The notes under the pieces are model-generated. The model worked only from the letters and a program-made list of their open reading frames with translations. It did no database searches and had not been told where the DNA came from. DNA of 64,000 nucleotides from Octopus sinensis. Lineage: Eukaryota. Shown one piece after another: positions 1-13,812 of this stretch. The position numbers and the translations under genes were made by a program. Each line of letters starts with the position of its first letter. Position 1 is the first letter of the stretch. The DNA is taken from assembly GCF_006345805.1 (NCBI RefSeq), contig NC_043007.1, positions 5,828,001 to 5,892,000 on the forward strand, read 5' to 3'.

Positions 1-129
1 ATACACACATATATATGCACACACATGCATACACATAAATACATGCATATACGCATACACGTGTGCACGTATACATGCATACATGCACACGTACACAACG
101 TACACATCACTAACTCCTCTTTAGAACGA

Positions 130-330
130 AATAGGAAAGATCTACACACATTTTTCTCTAACCTCAGCCTATCTATTACTTTTAAAATTTCCCACAAAAC
201 CACAAATTTTTTAGACGTAACTTTAATCTTAGAAACCTCCCAATATTCGTCATATGAAACCTAACCAATACCTTTAGCACTTAAACATTAATTAAAATCA
301 CCACAAATCCACCTTTGATAATATAGTTAC
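130..330 (+). mobile_element. Degenerate Penelope-like RT fragment
   Basis: Translates to ...LSLSITFKISHKTTNFLDVTL, resembling the PLE RT FLDV motif. Confidence 0.45.
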
Positions 331-1425
331 GGGTATCTCAATTCGTTTATCTGACCTCTCCTCCACTCAATAACCACGCCCCATATTACAACCAAGCATT
401 CGCCGCTTGTGGATTCTTCCAACGAATAAAATACATCACTGATATTAGGCTCAATCAACATATATCTCAAAACATACCACAACCACATGCTACCCATCAG
501 AATCAGAAAAACCACACATATACTATACTAGAACCACGGGAGAACACGCATTAAGACAACTTAGACGCCACACGTATATATATATATAAATCTCGCTCTG
601 CATATTGAAAAAATATTTCACATTTAAGCACTTATGAGGACACACCACATGCGCCACTAATGCCGCCACGATTGCCCCTTCTTTATACGAGAAATGGGAA
701 TATACATAACACAGGGTACTCGACACACAGTAGAAATATTCCCCCTGACGAACTACTCAGTACACAGAATAAGAAGATCATATACACCCAGAATATAATA
801 TAAGATTAGCGCAAACACAAATTTCCATTACGTGACTGTTACCCAAAAGTCAAATTCAAGAGGGTTAACCAGTCGAAAAGATGTCACCCAAGAGTAGCGC
901 ACATTGATTTATCGTTTCCTTTATGAGAATCTCCGAGAATTCAACGAGATTTACTGCTTTTACCAAATGGTGACGACCACAATTCCTCCATTTGATCGGC
1001 TATAAAATAAATGAAGATATTAAAATATTTCTATTTTTCCCTTAACATGAACTAACGTTAGCCTATCACGCAAACAAAGAAATCCTATCCACCAATGCGG
1101 TGCAGAGCACTCATTTTTATCGTTCCACATTTACGTATATTATATATATATATTATATATATATAAGATAATAAATCCAAAAAAATTAAGAGCAAAAGAA
1201 ACAGCGTGAGGGCGTGTGGTAAGTGATCGCAGATTAACGTGTGATGAGATATTTCTTCAAGTATGCAATGAACCATCCCGATCTAGCAATTGAAATCACA
1301 ATCGCCAGATCTTTTGTGCAACACCATATATATATATGCATGCCAACTTCCTAATAAGCTCGTATGTTTGTATGTATAATTTAATAAAATAAATTTTTCC
1401 CAATTAAAAAAAATTGTTTTATTAG

Positions 1426-1533
1426 GCAAATGTAACTCTGCAAGCACATAAATATATGTTGCTCATGGTTGATCCGGACGAATATCCGCATTCTGATATG
1501 GTGTATTCGCATTGGATAAAGACACATATCACC
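1426..1533 (+). CDS. PEBP4-like paralog A, coding exon 2 (ANVTLQAHKYMLLMVDPDEYPHSDMVYSHWIKTHIT); exon 1 is upstream of the window
   Basis: ttttattag acceptor, gtaagta donor, 108 nt, phase 0/0. Encodes the PEBP signature YxLLMVDPD...HW. Homologous exons at 19273, 41190 and 56490. Confidence 0.92.
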
Positions 1534-2377
1534 GTAAGTATAATAGATATTTTTTGGTAACTGTATTATTTTTTTATGCAGATATGTGCATTCGTTACAC
1601 GCAACTGTCAATGTTAGCACCAATATGCGTATATAATTTCACAAATTGCAACGCACCGCGCACACACATACACACACTTACACACACATACACACACTTG
1701 CACACATGCATACACGCAAAGATGCATACACATGCATACAGATGCACATATTCATACACACAAATACAAGCAAATACACACATACATACCAATAATAGCG
1801 AAGAGATTCAAGAAATTGTTTAACTGATAAATCATTACTGAATTTTGAGAAATTTCACTGAAACCTGCGCTAAAACATTATGAAAGAAATCAATATTTCT
1901 GTAATTTACCGGTTTCAACACTTTTAAAACATATTCTTTAATAATGATGATATATAAACTGCTCTGGTTGGTTGAAAATGCTTTAAAATGTGTTGTTGTT
2001 GGTGGTTCAGGGGAAGAGTTAAATAAATATTTACAGTAATGGGGAGGCAATATGTTCGATAATGTTTTCGTTCAATTATTAACAGTAATGTATATAGGAA
2101 TTGAAATTGATAAAATCTGTGTGTCATGTGCAGTGGCTAGTTTTAAATGAATGCATCTTTTCATTATCCGACATTGTGCACGTGTGTGGGTGTGTGTGTG
2201 TGCTTGTATGTGAGTGTATGTGTGTGTAGTAAAATAGTAATACGTGTAAGATCTATGATATATTCAAGTGCGTATATAAATATATATATAAATATATTTA
2301 TGCTATATTATATATATATATATGTGCTATATATATGCTATATATATATATATATTATATATATATTATATATATAT

Positions 2378-2430
<53 letters not shown>

Positions 2431-2465
2431 TATAATATCACATATATGTATGTGCGTATATAGGC

Positions 2466-2550
2466 ATAGGCGTGGCTGCTTGGTAAGAAACTAGCTTCCT
2501 AACCACAAGGTTCCGTGTTCAGTCCCATTGCGTGACAACTTGAGCAAGCT
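2466..2550 (+). mobile_element. tRNA-derived SINE head (a similar one lies at about 2948-3070)
   Basis: A-box-like gtggctgcttggtaag and B-box-like gtgttcagtccc / gggttcaatccc. Confidence 0.55.
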
Positions 2551-2825
2551 TTAGGACAAGGCTCCAACACCGATGCCAACTACTTTGATTTCAGCAGGGT
2601 TGATGATAAGATTCTCTTAAAAAACTATCGAACATTGGTGTCTGTGGAATGATGCTACGATGGATGAAGTATTTCCTGACTGACAGAACTTGACACGTTG
2701 TAGTCGAAGGAGTAAAATCAAGCCCAGCCAAAATTAGTAGTGGCATTCCACATGGCACTGTGTTGGACCCACTTCTTTTCATCATCTACATCAATGACAT
2801 CACTGATATCATCAAGCACAGCATT
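2550..2825 (+). mobile_element. CR1/L2-type LINE RT fragment
   Basis: Translates to ...SGIPHGTVLDPLLFIIYINDI, a degenerate GVPQGSVLGPLLF..YINDL motif. Confidence 0.7.
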
Positions 2826-3489
2826 GTTAGTTGTTGTGTTGCTCGTGTAAATATTAAAATCAGAGGTCATCTCGCCGTAAACATCGCATGTTTTTGTTAA
2901 GCAAATTGTATCAGGGAGTATATTATTCAAACTGTATCTCTCTTTTATAGGCGTATCTCTGTGGTTGAGTAGCATGCTTTCCAACCATGTCGCCTTGGGT
3001 TCAATCCCACTGTGCGGCGCGATGGGCAATTCTCCTTCATTAGAGCTCCGAACCGACCAAAGCCTTGTGTATTATATAATTGCTAATACTGTATTGATAT
3101 CTAAAATAACACATACAACTCAATTATTATTTTCATACAATAAACAAACAGAAGTTTGTGTATGAGATTGATCTTTTATCTCCTTCAATTATTATATGCT
3201 TTTACTTATAACTTACCCACATACAGGGGAAGTAAATCTCTCTATATAATAACACTTTGAATATGGCCCTCGAGAAAGAGTAAAAGTAATTACCCGATCA
3301 ATGACGGGTATTACAGCTACTACTTGAATAAATGAAGATACGTTATTGAATAAATATTACTATTGTGGGTAGAACAACAACAACAAAAACATTTCTATAT
3401 GATTACGTAAGTATATGTTTGTGTGTGTGCATATTTATGTATGGAAGCATGTAAGTATCAATGTATTCTTAATGAAATTATAATTTCAG

Positions 3490-3538
3490 CCCACACAACT
3501 GAAAGCAGGCGTAACAGCAGATAAAAAAGACGTGATAC
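3490..3538 (+). CDS. PEBP4-like paralog A, coding exon 3 (PTQLKAGVTADKKDVI+C)
   Basis: aatttcag acceptor, gtaagta donor, 49 nt, phase 0/1. Resembles the GADLKKG segment of PEBP4. Homologous exons at 26037, 43244 and 63755. Confidence 0.88.
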
Positions 3539-4095
3539 GTAAGTAATATTTTCATTGTTACTCAATAGTGATACATACATACACACATACATACATACAC
3601 ACATACATACACACATACATACACACATACATACATACATACATACATATATGCTATGCATGCGTGCGTGGGCACGCGTGAGGTTATCAATATAATTTGT
3701 GTTCCGTTAAGTAAATAAACAAAAATCTACGCCATACAACACGATCCAGTGAGAGATAAATATCATTGAGTGTGCACAGAATAAAGATTCGAGCTGGTAA
3801 TAGTTTCTTGTTTTGTACCTCCAAGCAATCTCAGGCTCTGAGCGCATGGTTCGTTCTATTTCTGAAGAGAATAGACCATATGCTCAGAGCCTCTCGATTG
3901 CTTGGAGACACAAGGCGTGTTGTAAAAACCTGTTTGTGAAAAGCCTGTCAAGATCAGTGCTTTGTTCGGTGTACCTTCCTGCTATTGCGTACATTAAATG
4001 ATATGTATAAATGGATGTATGCATTCGTGGATGTATACACACACACAACGCGAGCGCACACAGACACTCACACACACACACATATACAAAATAAC

Positions 4096-4137
<42 letters not shown>

Positions 4138-4165
4138 ATATATATATATAAAATTATAATAGATA

Positions 4166-4205
<40 letters not shown>

Positions 4206-4389
4206 GATATATATATACATATATATATATATATTGGTAAAAAAGAAAGATGAATAATCTTGTTGCAGATTAATCAAAAGTTTAACCGATACCTTGGTAG
4301 CAAAAATCACAGCAGAAGAAAGCACGGTTGGAGATAAAACCATTTGGTGTTGCACAACGTGCGGTTGGTGCAGATAATTGAATTTTAAA

Positions 4390-5236
4390 TAATTAGTGAA
4401 TTGAAGAAATGGAGTTGAACGAAGATTGAACGAATCCTTTTATTGCATTCTACACATGTTTCAAAAGCCACAATTTTCCAAATTCTGATTAAATAAGGAT
4501 ACCATATTGTGGCTTTCTCTTCAGAAAAAATAGGAATTCCGTTGGCAGAACAAAACAGAACAGAGGCGCAGCAAAGCAATTTGAACGAGGAGGCTCTTTA
4601 AGAGCCCATGGCTGAACTGATTATCAATGTACGTTGAAATCGGGTGGGTGGGTGCGTTGAAGATATTTACAGGTCAGGCGGCGGTCAAATCCAGTAGGTG
4701 AGAGCAAGGGGTGTGGAGATGTTCTGTGTGACCCAAAACTAAAATTCTGAATATTTAAGAATACTGGGTGTATTTCTTGGGGCGAGACAGAAACTATCTA
4801 GAAGCAGGTATGTGTGTACTGGCCATGTGTGCGCGGCCGTATGTTGGTAAAAGGCGCTACATAATGGTCCACTGCTGAAAAATTCGTCAGGCGGCAGAAA
4901 ATATTTTTTGTGTTCGTGTGTTCGTCTAGGCCTGCTTGTCAAAAAATTAACGTCGTCAAAGAATCCTAAGGGTATATAAAAAATTCCTGCGTTTGCTTCC
5001 AAAACAAACCACCATTCGCCTAATGGGAGTAATTTCCCCTGCAAGGGTTATTCATATATTTCTAAAAAGCTTTTTCAAAAATTATTTCCAAGGATTATTT
5101 CCTGAAGAGAAAGCCACAATATGGTATCCTTATTTAAATCAGAATTTGGAAAATTGTGGCTTTTGAAACATGGGTAGAATGCCAATAAAGGATTCTGTTC
5201 AATCTTCGTTCAACTCCATTTCTTCAATCACTAATA

Positions 5237-5240
<4 letters not shown>
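4390..5240. mobile_element. Element bounded by ~140-bp inverted repeats (about 4390-4530 and 5096-5240), each holding a hammerhead-like motif; Penelope/retrozyme-like
   Basis: The two arms are near-perfect reverse complements, with a CTGAAGA...GAAAC...GTA core inside. Confidence 0.6.
5099..5179 (+). ncRNA. Type I minimal hammerhead ribozyme-like motif (inverted twin at about 4447-4527 on the - strand)
   Basis: ttc-CTGAAGA-gaaagccacaa...ttgtggctttt-GAAA-c atgg g-TA-gaa: stems I, II and III plus an intact core. Confidence 0.6.
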
Positions 5241-5287
<47 letters not shown>

Positions 5288-5292
5288 CTATA

Positions 5293-5330
<38 letters not shown>

Positions 5331-5566
5331 CATATATACATATATACGACGGGCTTCTTTCAGTTTCCGTCACCAAATCCACTCTCACAAGGCTAATATA
5401 TATATATATAAACAGCCCGAAATTACTAAGATGATCCGGTTCCCGACTGAAGATTAGAGGCTTTGAGTGACCCGTCGGTTTTTTTGTGTGTCGTCTCCTT
5501 GTGTGTTTTTTGCGTCTTGTCCCACTTTGTAATTTATATTTATATTAAATCCTATATAGATATATT

Positions 5567-5597
<31 letters not shown>

Positions 5598-5705
5598 AAT
5601 ATATATATATATATATATAACACATATATATATACATATATATGTATATATATATTACATATATATGTCTATATATATATGTATATTATATGTATGTATA
5701 TATGT

Positions 5706-5736
<31 letters not shown>

Positions 5737-5796
5737 TTATATATATATGTATATATATATACATGATATATATATATATGTATATATGCATGTATG

Positions 5797-5831
<35 letters not shown>

Positions 5832-6099
5832 ATATATATATATATATAAAACATGCAGAATACGTGCAAACACGCACGCCACATTACGATCCAATCAACA
5901 CCAAGCCATCTCCGTCCCCAAACACCATGCACACGAAAAATTTAAAATAAATTATATAACACCTGTATTATCCAGCCCAGAGATAACAATCGGGAAGTAC
6001 GTACTTTAAACTTGTTACACAAAAAGTACGAAAAGCTACATGTGCAAAACCATTTAACATCAGAAATGGACGGATCTGTATCCTACGAAAATAAAGACC

Positions 6100-6500
6100 A
6101 TCAAAATAAAGAGCCGGACGTTATTCTTCATGTCCCGCAAATAAAACCAAAAAAAAAGCCTAAATGGACACATGAGGAATATATTTCAATCTTATTTTAA
6201 ACGCTTATTTTAGAGCAGTGTTCTACCCAATGAACGAACACACAACATATACATATAGAATCTGGAGGGAAAATAGCCTAGATAAAGATTTGGATAGAGC
6301 AATGAACCCTAATAAACTAGTTAACATACGAAGATATATTCCCAATGCAAAAAAAAAAAAATCAGAAATATAAACAGAACATTTAAAATGAAAAATACAA
6401 CAGGAAAATGTAGATAGAAGCCACAGAGCAATGCCAAACAATATCATAAGCACTGGGACTGTAAAACACGAAGACAGACGTAACATGTCCAGCAAAAACG
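6100..6500 (+). mobile_element. Degenerate N-terminal fragment of an R4/Dong-like non-LTR ORF
   Basis: KWTHEEYISIL...YRIWRE...NKLVNIRRYI resembles the N-terminus seen at about 14930. Confidence 0.4.
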
Positions 6501-6789
6501 AAGTAGTAGTATATATATATATATATATATATATAGTACAAAGTAAGATAGGGGTTATGAATGTAACCCACTATGGGATATCAGTTATCCAATATTGTGT
6601 TGGTAAAGTACCCAAATTCTTAATACATAAATGCTTTTAATTGCAATGCAATTAATTCATTTATAGTATTAAATGGGTGAAAGTAAAGAAATATTTTTAC
6701 CGTAAATTTATAATACAAATAAGAAAATGGAGAAACAATTCATCTCGTTCATCGTTCATCGTTCATAATATATATATATATATAGAAGT

Positions 6790-6820
<31 letters not shown>

Positions 6821-7013
6821 GTATATATATAGATATAACATATTACAGATACATATGTACAATAAATATAGATACACACACATATATACATATACATATG
6901 TACATATAAATATAGTATAGTAACTATGTATAAATATGTACATATAATTTATATATACATATTTATATATATTATATATCTATATACATATCGTTACATA
7001 TATACATATATAG

Positions 7014-7052
<39 letters not shown>

Positions 7053-7347
7053 ATATAGAATATATATATATATATTTATTATATACAACGTATAGGAGGT
7101 GAAAGCAAAGCGAAACAGTATTTTTTCATTAATGGTTGACATTCGGGTTTTCTTTGGGGTATATAGTCCGGTTGCTTGGGTTGTGCTGGAGATCATCAGG
7201 AAGTGGATGCTTCCTGAAGGGTTTACTGCTGACTCCTGGGATACTACTCTCTTCGTTTTACAGGTCTTGGTTTATGTATTTACTTTTACTGTTGTTTAAC
7301 AGGTGCTATCTGAGAGAAAATGAGTAAATGAGTGAGAGAGTGAAGAT

Positions 7348-7435
<88 letters not shown>

Positions 7436-8084
7436 GAGAGAGAGGAGAGAGAGAGAGAGAGAGAGAGAAACGGTCTACGGCCATTCGATCGCCATCTGCA
7501 CTGATCTCAAGCCTCGACCACGTTTGCCTCTATCACTGTTTCTGTGTAAGTTTCCTGTTGATGTCCTGGTTTAATGTCTCTGCAAAGGATTGTCTTTACA
7601 GACCAGTCAACTATCCCCAATGCTGGTGTATCATTACTCATACTGCAGATCTCCTCACCGGATACTCTTATCCGCCTACTTATTTTTTCTAAGTCAGACG
7701 TAATATTCTCCAGCCATTTTGTCTTTATCCATAACACCTTTGTTTAGGTTTTCATCAATGCCTAGATTTTTGTAGCATTGATAGAGAGAAACTGTTGATG
7801 AAGAGGTTTTGAGTCTGGGAGACTGAATTTCCACGTTCAAATATCAAATATGAACATTCCTTTCGACCAAATTCCATTTCTGTTTCTCAGTGAAAATGTT
7901 AACTTCAACTGTTTTTATGACAATGTAAATATTTTAGCATAAACCTTCAGCCCATCTACAAAGAATTTATGGGTTGCGTTGGTAATTCTTGTAGTTGGAT
8001 GTAGCTTTTATATTTTCGTAGCAGAGATGATGATATATGCATATGTTTATATAAATTATTTTATTTTATTTTCCCTTTCAACAG

Positions 8085-8296
8085 CTTACAAACCCCCTAA
8101 TCCGCACGCTGGAGCCCATCGCTACCAGTTCTTACTGTATCCACAGATACTCGATGCTGTCAAAATAGAACCACAACTGGAATATACTAGATTATTTCAT
8201 ATCGGTGACTTTGAAGTCAAGAACAGTGTATCGTACATATCGAGCTACCAATACGTTATAACTGAAGCAAGGGTGCTTCAACAGCTTCTGATCTGA
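8085..8296 (+). CDS. PEBP4-like paralog A, last exon ((P)YKPPNPHAGAHRYQFLLYPQ...ISSYQYVITEARVLQQLLI*)
   Basis: Polypyrimidine + caacag acceptor, phase 1. Contains the PEBP YxxPxP-GxHRYQF motif. The GPI-like tail of the paralogs is present in a shifted frame (to TAA at 8359-8361). Confidence 0.9.
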
Positions 8297-8382
8297 TCAG
8301 CCAGAGGATTAGTTCTTTCTTTTTGATAATTTTAACATATTTTGACCAATTACTATTGTAAATATTCTACAGAAGAGTATTG

Positions 8383-8474
<92 letters not shown>

Positions 8475-8523
8475 TGTATATGTATATATACAATTAAATA
8501 TATGAAAATATATATATATGAAC

Positions 8524-8536
8524 AATAAACAATAAA
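8524..8536 (+). terminator. Candidate tandem AATAAA polyadenylation signals of paralog A (equivalents near 30357-30382 and 45980-46005)
   Basis: aacAATAAAcAATAAAgtgt followed by T/GT-rich sequence, present downstream of all three visible last exons. Confidence 0.45.
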
Positions 8537-9829
8537 GTGTTATATCTTCTTTTCAATGTTCCTATTTCATTCCGTGTTTTCTTTTCACCCGAACAAGTAA
8601 AGTGTCTGTAGGCAATGTGTTCTGTTGTTAATATTCTTATATTGACTCTCTCCTAGTCCTTCTTTCTCTATACTGAGTCCTGCGCTCCTTTACGTATTTT
8701 CTGCATTTTTTTTCCTTCATTCATTTTCATTTACAAATCCTTTTATTCCAGAGATAATTTATTAACTGTCAGAACTACGAAGGGGTCTGATGTCAGAACT
8801 GTAACGCGGGGTGTTGGCAGAATCGTTAGCAGCCCCCGGATAAAAATCATTTAGCAGCATATTCTCTGTTGTACGTTCTGAGTTCAAACACCACCGAGGC
8901 CGAGTTCCTTTAATTCTTTCAGTGGGGAGGAAGAGTAACTTCTAGTTGAGCACTGGAACTGATGTGATCGACTACACCGCTTCTCCGTAATTCCGGGTCT
9001 TCTGACTTATAGTAAAATGCATTATTATTATTGCATGCTGGCAGAATCGTGAGCGCACCGAAGAAAATGATTGACGGCATTTCGTCCGTCTGTTCCTTCT
9101 GTGTGTCCACCGAGGTTGACTTGCCTTTTATCTTCTTAGTGTCGAGGAAATAACTTCCAGTCGAGCATCGACAAGTTCCCGCCTCTACCATATTTCTGTG
9201 TAGACTCTGTGTCTACAGTAGAGAGGACTATCTGTCAGAATTCATTTTTCAGACAGGCATCAATTCCTTTCTTGACGGGTTTTCATAATAACAGCTGTCC
9301 GGTTTACCTCCAGTTTTACTGTTCCTTTTCCCCACTTCACATTTTACGGTCTCAACAAAACACTGTATAAGAACTACTCAAACACACATTCAGTCCAATC
9401 ATTGCATGAATGGACCCACAACTAAAACCCAACAATGCGACTTGCACGGATATCATCTTATTTCATAAATCACAAAAAAGTGAGCTCTAAAATTACTGGG
9501 TTGGCCGAAATGCTCGTTCGGTTTTTTAAGCGAAAATATGACAAAAGTTTTAAACACAAAGCGATTTATCTAATCAATGATATAATTACCATTTCTTTTT
9601 AATATCATCTGCCATTTTGAGGACTGATCCATACAGACATTCCTCGATTATACGTCGGTTTTCAAAACTACTATATTGTAAAATAGAAATCAAATGAAAT
9701 CATTTTACTCAAATTAAAGTCTGTCCGCCACAAATATTGGAATCGTAAAATCATTAGAAAACCGTTAAAAGCGCATACAATCGTCTTACACATCAATTCA
9801 AAATAAACGATATATGAACATAAATGTTC

Positions 9830-10850
9830 ATAGGAAAGAGAAGTATTGGTCGTTGGGTCTTATTGAGATCCATGGCTCCCTTAATAGCAGGAGAACAGAG
9901 CATTTTTGAGAGGACAACCTCGTGAATTTGGACTGGATTTGGATATACACATTGTTGGCTGTACGACGGATGGTGCTTCTATGATGGTGAAATTTGGAAA
10001 AGAAATAAGGCATGATCACCAACAATGTCTAACACATTACATACATCTGTCTGTGATCGACATTCTCTATCAAAGAAATATTGAAAATATTGCCTCAACA
10101 GATGAGACTGATAAAAAAAGTGAAGAGATCAATTATAACAGACGATAGTGATGATGAAGCTGACATAAGTCCAAAAGACATACTTTTTCAAACAGATTTG
10201 GTTCACGAAATGTCTTGTGTTCCCCAGCTAAAACCTGAATTTAACAAAGTTTTAAATAAAGTAAGAAAAGTTTCAAAACTTTTCCGTAATTCTCCTGCAA
10301 AAAAATGAAATTTTGCAAGATTTTGTTCGAGCGAACTTTGATAACAGGGAATATAAAATTATACTGGATTGCAGAACTAGGTGGAATAGCACATTCCATA
10401 TGCTTGAGAGATTTTTGAAATTGAAAAGCTGCATTCCAAATGCTCTACGAGAAGTACTTTCCACAGATGCCATAGTTAACGAAGAATAGAAATCTCTCGA
10501 TTTACCATATGGAATTCTGCATCCAGTAGAAATTATTTTCAAGGCTATTTGCGCTGAGGATACGGATTTACTGAAAAAGGAATATTCTATAGAATTTTTA
10601 TTGAATAAACTTAATATCGTCGGCAACCCTTTGGCTCTAAATCTTCGTGAAAGACTTATGCATAGATATAATTAGAGAAGAAATGTCGAAAGCTTCATTC
10701 TTGAGAAGTATTTACATATCCCAATGAAGTTTAAAGGTAAATCAAATTTTGGAACTTTTCTTTTTTTAACGTAACAACATTTAAGGAAGTAAGCTGAACA
10801 AACATAAGGAGATTATTTCCTGAAAATGACGCTGAGAACACAATAGAATT
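9830..10850 (+). mobile_element. hAT-superfamily transposase pseudogene
   Basis: Motifs TTDGASMM, CLTHYIHLSV, KVRKVSKLFRNSP and LDCRTRWNSTFHMLERFLKLK, broken by frameshifts and stops. Confidence 0.85.
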
Positions 10851-10899
10851 ATACATACTTACATATACGTACACACGCAACTCTTCCCACATATAAATA

Positions 10900-11500
10900 C
10901 ACCAATACCAGGAACAATTGATAGCTCATAGTGCAAAGGATTCGTGATTCGACAGCTGAGAATCGCCGGTTGAAGGCAGTAGGGCAGTGGAAACAGACAC
11001 GTTCTGTCCTGGAAGGAACTCTGGATCACTGGCCAGAGAGAATTCTCCTTCCTCCTTCGTGCTGTAGCTGACTTTTTGCCAACAGCAAATAACCTTAAAA
11101 TAAAGGGTAAATAAATCTTTGTACACTGAACAACATTTTGCCAGGATACCCCAAGGCACTGAGAGAAGGTCAATTTAAGTGATGATATGACGAGGCCCTT
11201 GCAGAAATTGTCAAGTCGACTGATCTTCAAAGAATGAAGGCTAATAAACACCACCACCGAAGGGAGGACAGACTCTATATCTCTCACCACGTAAAGAAAA
11301 CTTCGTCAACAAGGCCTTTGTCAAGGGATGACATGCGGCCTCATTTCCATTGAAGTCGGCAACCGCAGATTTTCAGCTAAAGCAGTGCACTATGATCTGC
11401 AGAAGATAAGTCTGAAACACAGATAACTAAAGAAAGCCATGAAGGAGACAGTCCCAGAACCTAGAACTAGCTGAAGGTGACTATCTTCGGTAGGGGAAAA
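10900..11500 (+). mobile_element. Degenerate RLE-type non-LTR retrotransposon 3' fragment (HERO/NeSL-like), upstream of paralog B
   Basis: HILPGYPKALREGQF..YDEAL and IEVGNRRF resemble the zinc-knuckle and RLE motifs. Near-identical duplicate at about 34690-35330. Confidence 0.6.
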
Positions 11501-11859
11501 CTAGTTCGGTCCTCGATCACGCACTCGGGCGAAGCGTAAATGCTGAGGGACGAAATGCTTGTGACTCTGTGTGTATGTTTGCATGCATGTATACGCATGA
11601 TAGATATATATCTATAGAGAGAGAGAGGTGCGAGAGAGAGAGAGTGAGAGATATGTGTATGTATGTGTGTCTGCGTGTGCGTATATTATATATGCGTATT
11701 TGTCTATATGTATTTATGTATATATGTATGTAAGCACTTATATATATAAAGGTACACATGCACACACTTTCACGTTAGCAAATTTAAAACATTGATGCAT
11801 CATAATCAAACATAAATACAACCGCGCGCACACTTAGACGCATGCTCACTTGTAGAAGC

Positions 11860-11871
11860 ACACGTATAAAG
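11860..11871 (+). promoter_or_regulatory. Candidate TATA box (cacgTATAAAg) upstream of paralog B; the same motif lies at 35984 (C) and 46832 (D)
   Basis: Conserved TATAAA 153-207 nt upstream of each ATG. The conservation could simply reflect recent duplication. Confidence 0.35.
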
Positions 11872-12017
11872 AACGGATGTGTTAGAAACAAGGAGAGAAA
11901 GATCACGTCAAACAGAAGTCTAGTGTTGACAATTTTGAAGATAAATCAAAGTATATTTATTAAAATAAATACAGAAATATTTGCATCTAAGCTACAAATA
12001 ATCCATTGACAGAAATA

Positions 12018-12212
12018 ATGTTCCTCTGGCATGTTTTCCGAGTGAAGATCCTACTGCTTTCTTGCATGGTCTTTCACAGTTTGGCATACTATGCGAATTA
12101 CCTGTGCTCCAGCAAGGACCAGCTGATTCTTCTTCCTAAGAATATATACAAAAAATGTAATGTCGACCTTAGTGTAGCTGATGTAAAGAAACCGCCAACA
12201 GTGAAAGTTCCG
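12018..12212 (+). pseudogene. PEBP4-like paralog B, coding exon 1 (signal peptide MFLWHVFRVKILLLSCMVFHSLA..., two further Cys, ...KKPPTVKVP)
   Basis: ATG to CCG|gtaggt donor, 195 nt, hydrophobic N-terminus. Homologous to 36191-36385 and 47039-47233. The gene carries a nonsense codon in exon 4. Confidence 0.85.
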
Positions 12213-12906
12213 GTAGGTTATCTATGAATAATACTAACATTTTGTCTGATTTTGGCCATCAATTTGTGAAAAGAAGATGAGTTGATACCATTGTCCCCTT
12301 GCTTGATTGCTTCTTTATCTTATCGATCTGGAAAGGCTGAAACGCAAAGTTGACCTTGTGTGGGGGATTTGAATGTAAATAGTTGGAAAGCATGTTTCCC
12401 GATGCTTTAACAATTCTGCTAGTTCGGCGCCCGAATGGTTTCTAAATTAAGTACAACGCCAGCAGTTTTAAGATGAGGTGATAAGTAGGTGACACAAATT
12501 CCACTACTTGACAGCTGCTTTCATTCATTTCGACACCCAAGTAAATGAAAGGCTAAGTTAACCCTGGCGGGGTTTCTATTCAAAATCTGAAGAGCCGAAA
12601 AAATTGCACGAAACATTTTTTTACCGATGTTCTAAAAATTCTGTCAAAGTGTAAAAATTTCTGCCATTGGTGACAAGCGCTTAAAATGTTGTTGACAGTG
12701 TAAATACGATTGCCAAAGATAGTAGATTTATTTCGGGTAAAAAGAGGAGGAATCTACAAAAATGACAAGTGCAAAATGTCAACAAGAAAACAGGACTACA
12801 GAATAAATAAGTGCTTGATGTTTCTAGCACTTATTCATACCTTTTATTGCAATAGCTCAAGTGAATACAGAAATTGAATAATTCAACGATGTGAATATCA
12901 GTATGT

Positions 12907-13131
<225 letters not shown>

Positions 13132-13684
13132 GAGTGAGAGAGCAGTTCATGCCATCAAAGTGACACTGGGGTAAAATATACGAAGCCCAATATACCCATC
13201 ATGACTACCCGTCTGATAAGGGCACACCAGGCACATGCATCACAACCATATGTGCGCGACATGGTGATCTCATATCAAGATAAACAGCACATGACCTTGC
13301 AGGTGGGGCCCAGTTAGAATTTTCTTCAGGTTGAGTAGCCCATCCCGCTCAAGCGGTCCCTGAATAAGGGTTGTTTAAGGATGTTGAAAGAACCACCCAT
13401 GTTTCCAGAGGTGAATTATTCAAACCCCAAAGAATCCCTCTTAACACATGGCTATGATGCTCCCCCACTACTTCTGCTCGTGATCAGAGAGGCACATATC
13501 GTCAGCCACTAAGGGACATGCTCAACTGGTTAAGGTCAAACAACTGACAAGCAAATCTATGGTATTGAGCAGAATATTTGCTGTAGCCCATCTTTTATAC
13601 CAAGACAAAACAATGTACATGATAACACTTCCAATCAGTTAAGATCAGAAGCCATGAGAGCCATTGCCTGGTACTGCATCAGGG

Positions 13685-13690
<6 letters not shown>
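13132..13690. mobile_element. Interspersed repeat flanked by (TTA)n; partial second copy at about 59925-60105
   Basis: Shared segment gtcagccactaagggacatgctcaactg...caaacaactgacaagcaaatc...ttgagcagaatatttgctgta. Confidence 0.6.
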
Positions 13691-13735
<45 letters not shown>

Positions 13736-13781
13736 CATTATTTATTTTTTAAATTTTTATTATTATTATTATTGTTGTTGT

Positions 13782-13812
<31 letters not shown>

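Noticed and set aside
7979-8084. N-terminal hydrophobic extension of ORF 7979-8296 as a single-exon gene
   Set aside because: It is intron sequence upstream of the caacag acceptor, and the frame is not conserved in the paralogous copies.
12213-12227. Read-through VGYL* ending of exon 1 as a standalone 69-73 aa secreted peptide
   Set aside because: CCG|gtaggt is a good phase-0 donor in all three copies and joins exon 2 to build a continuous PEBP domain.
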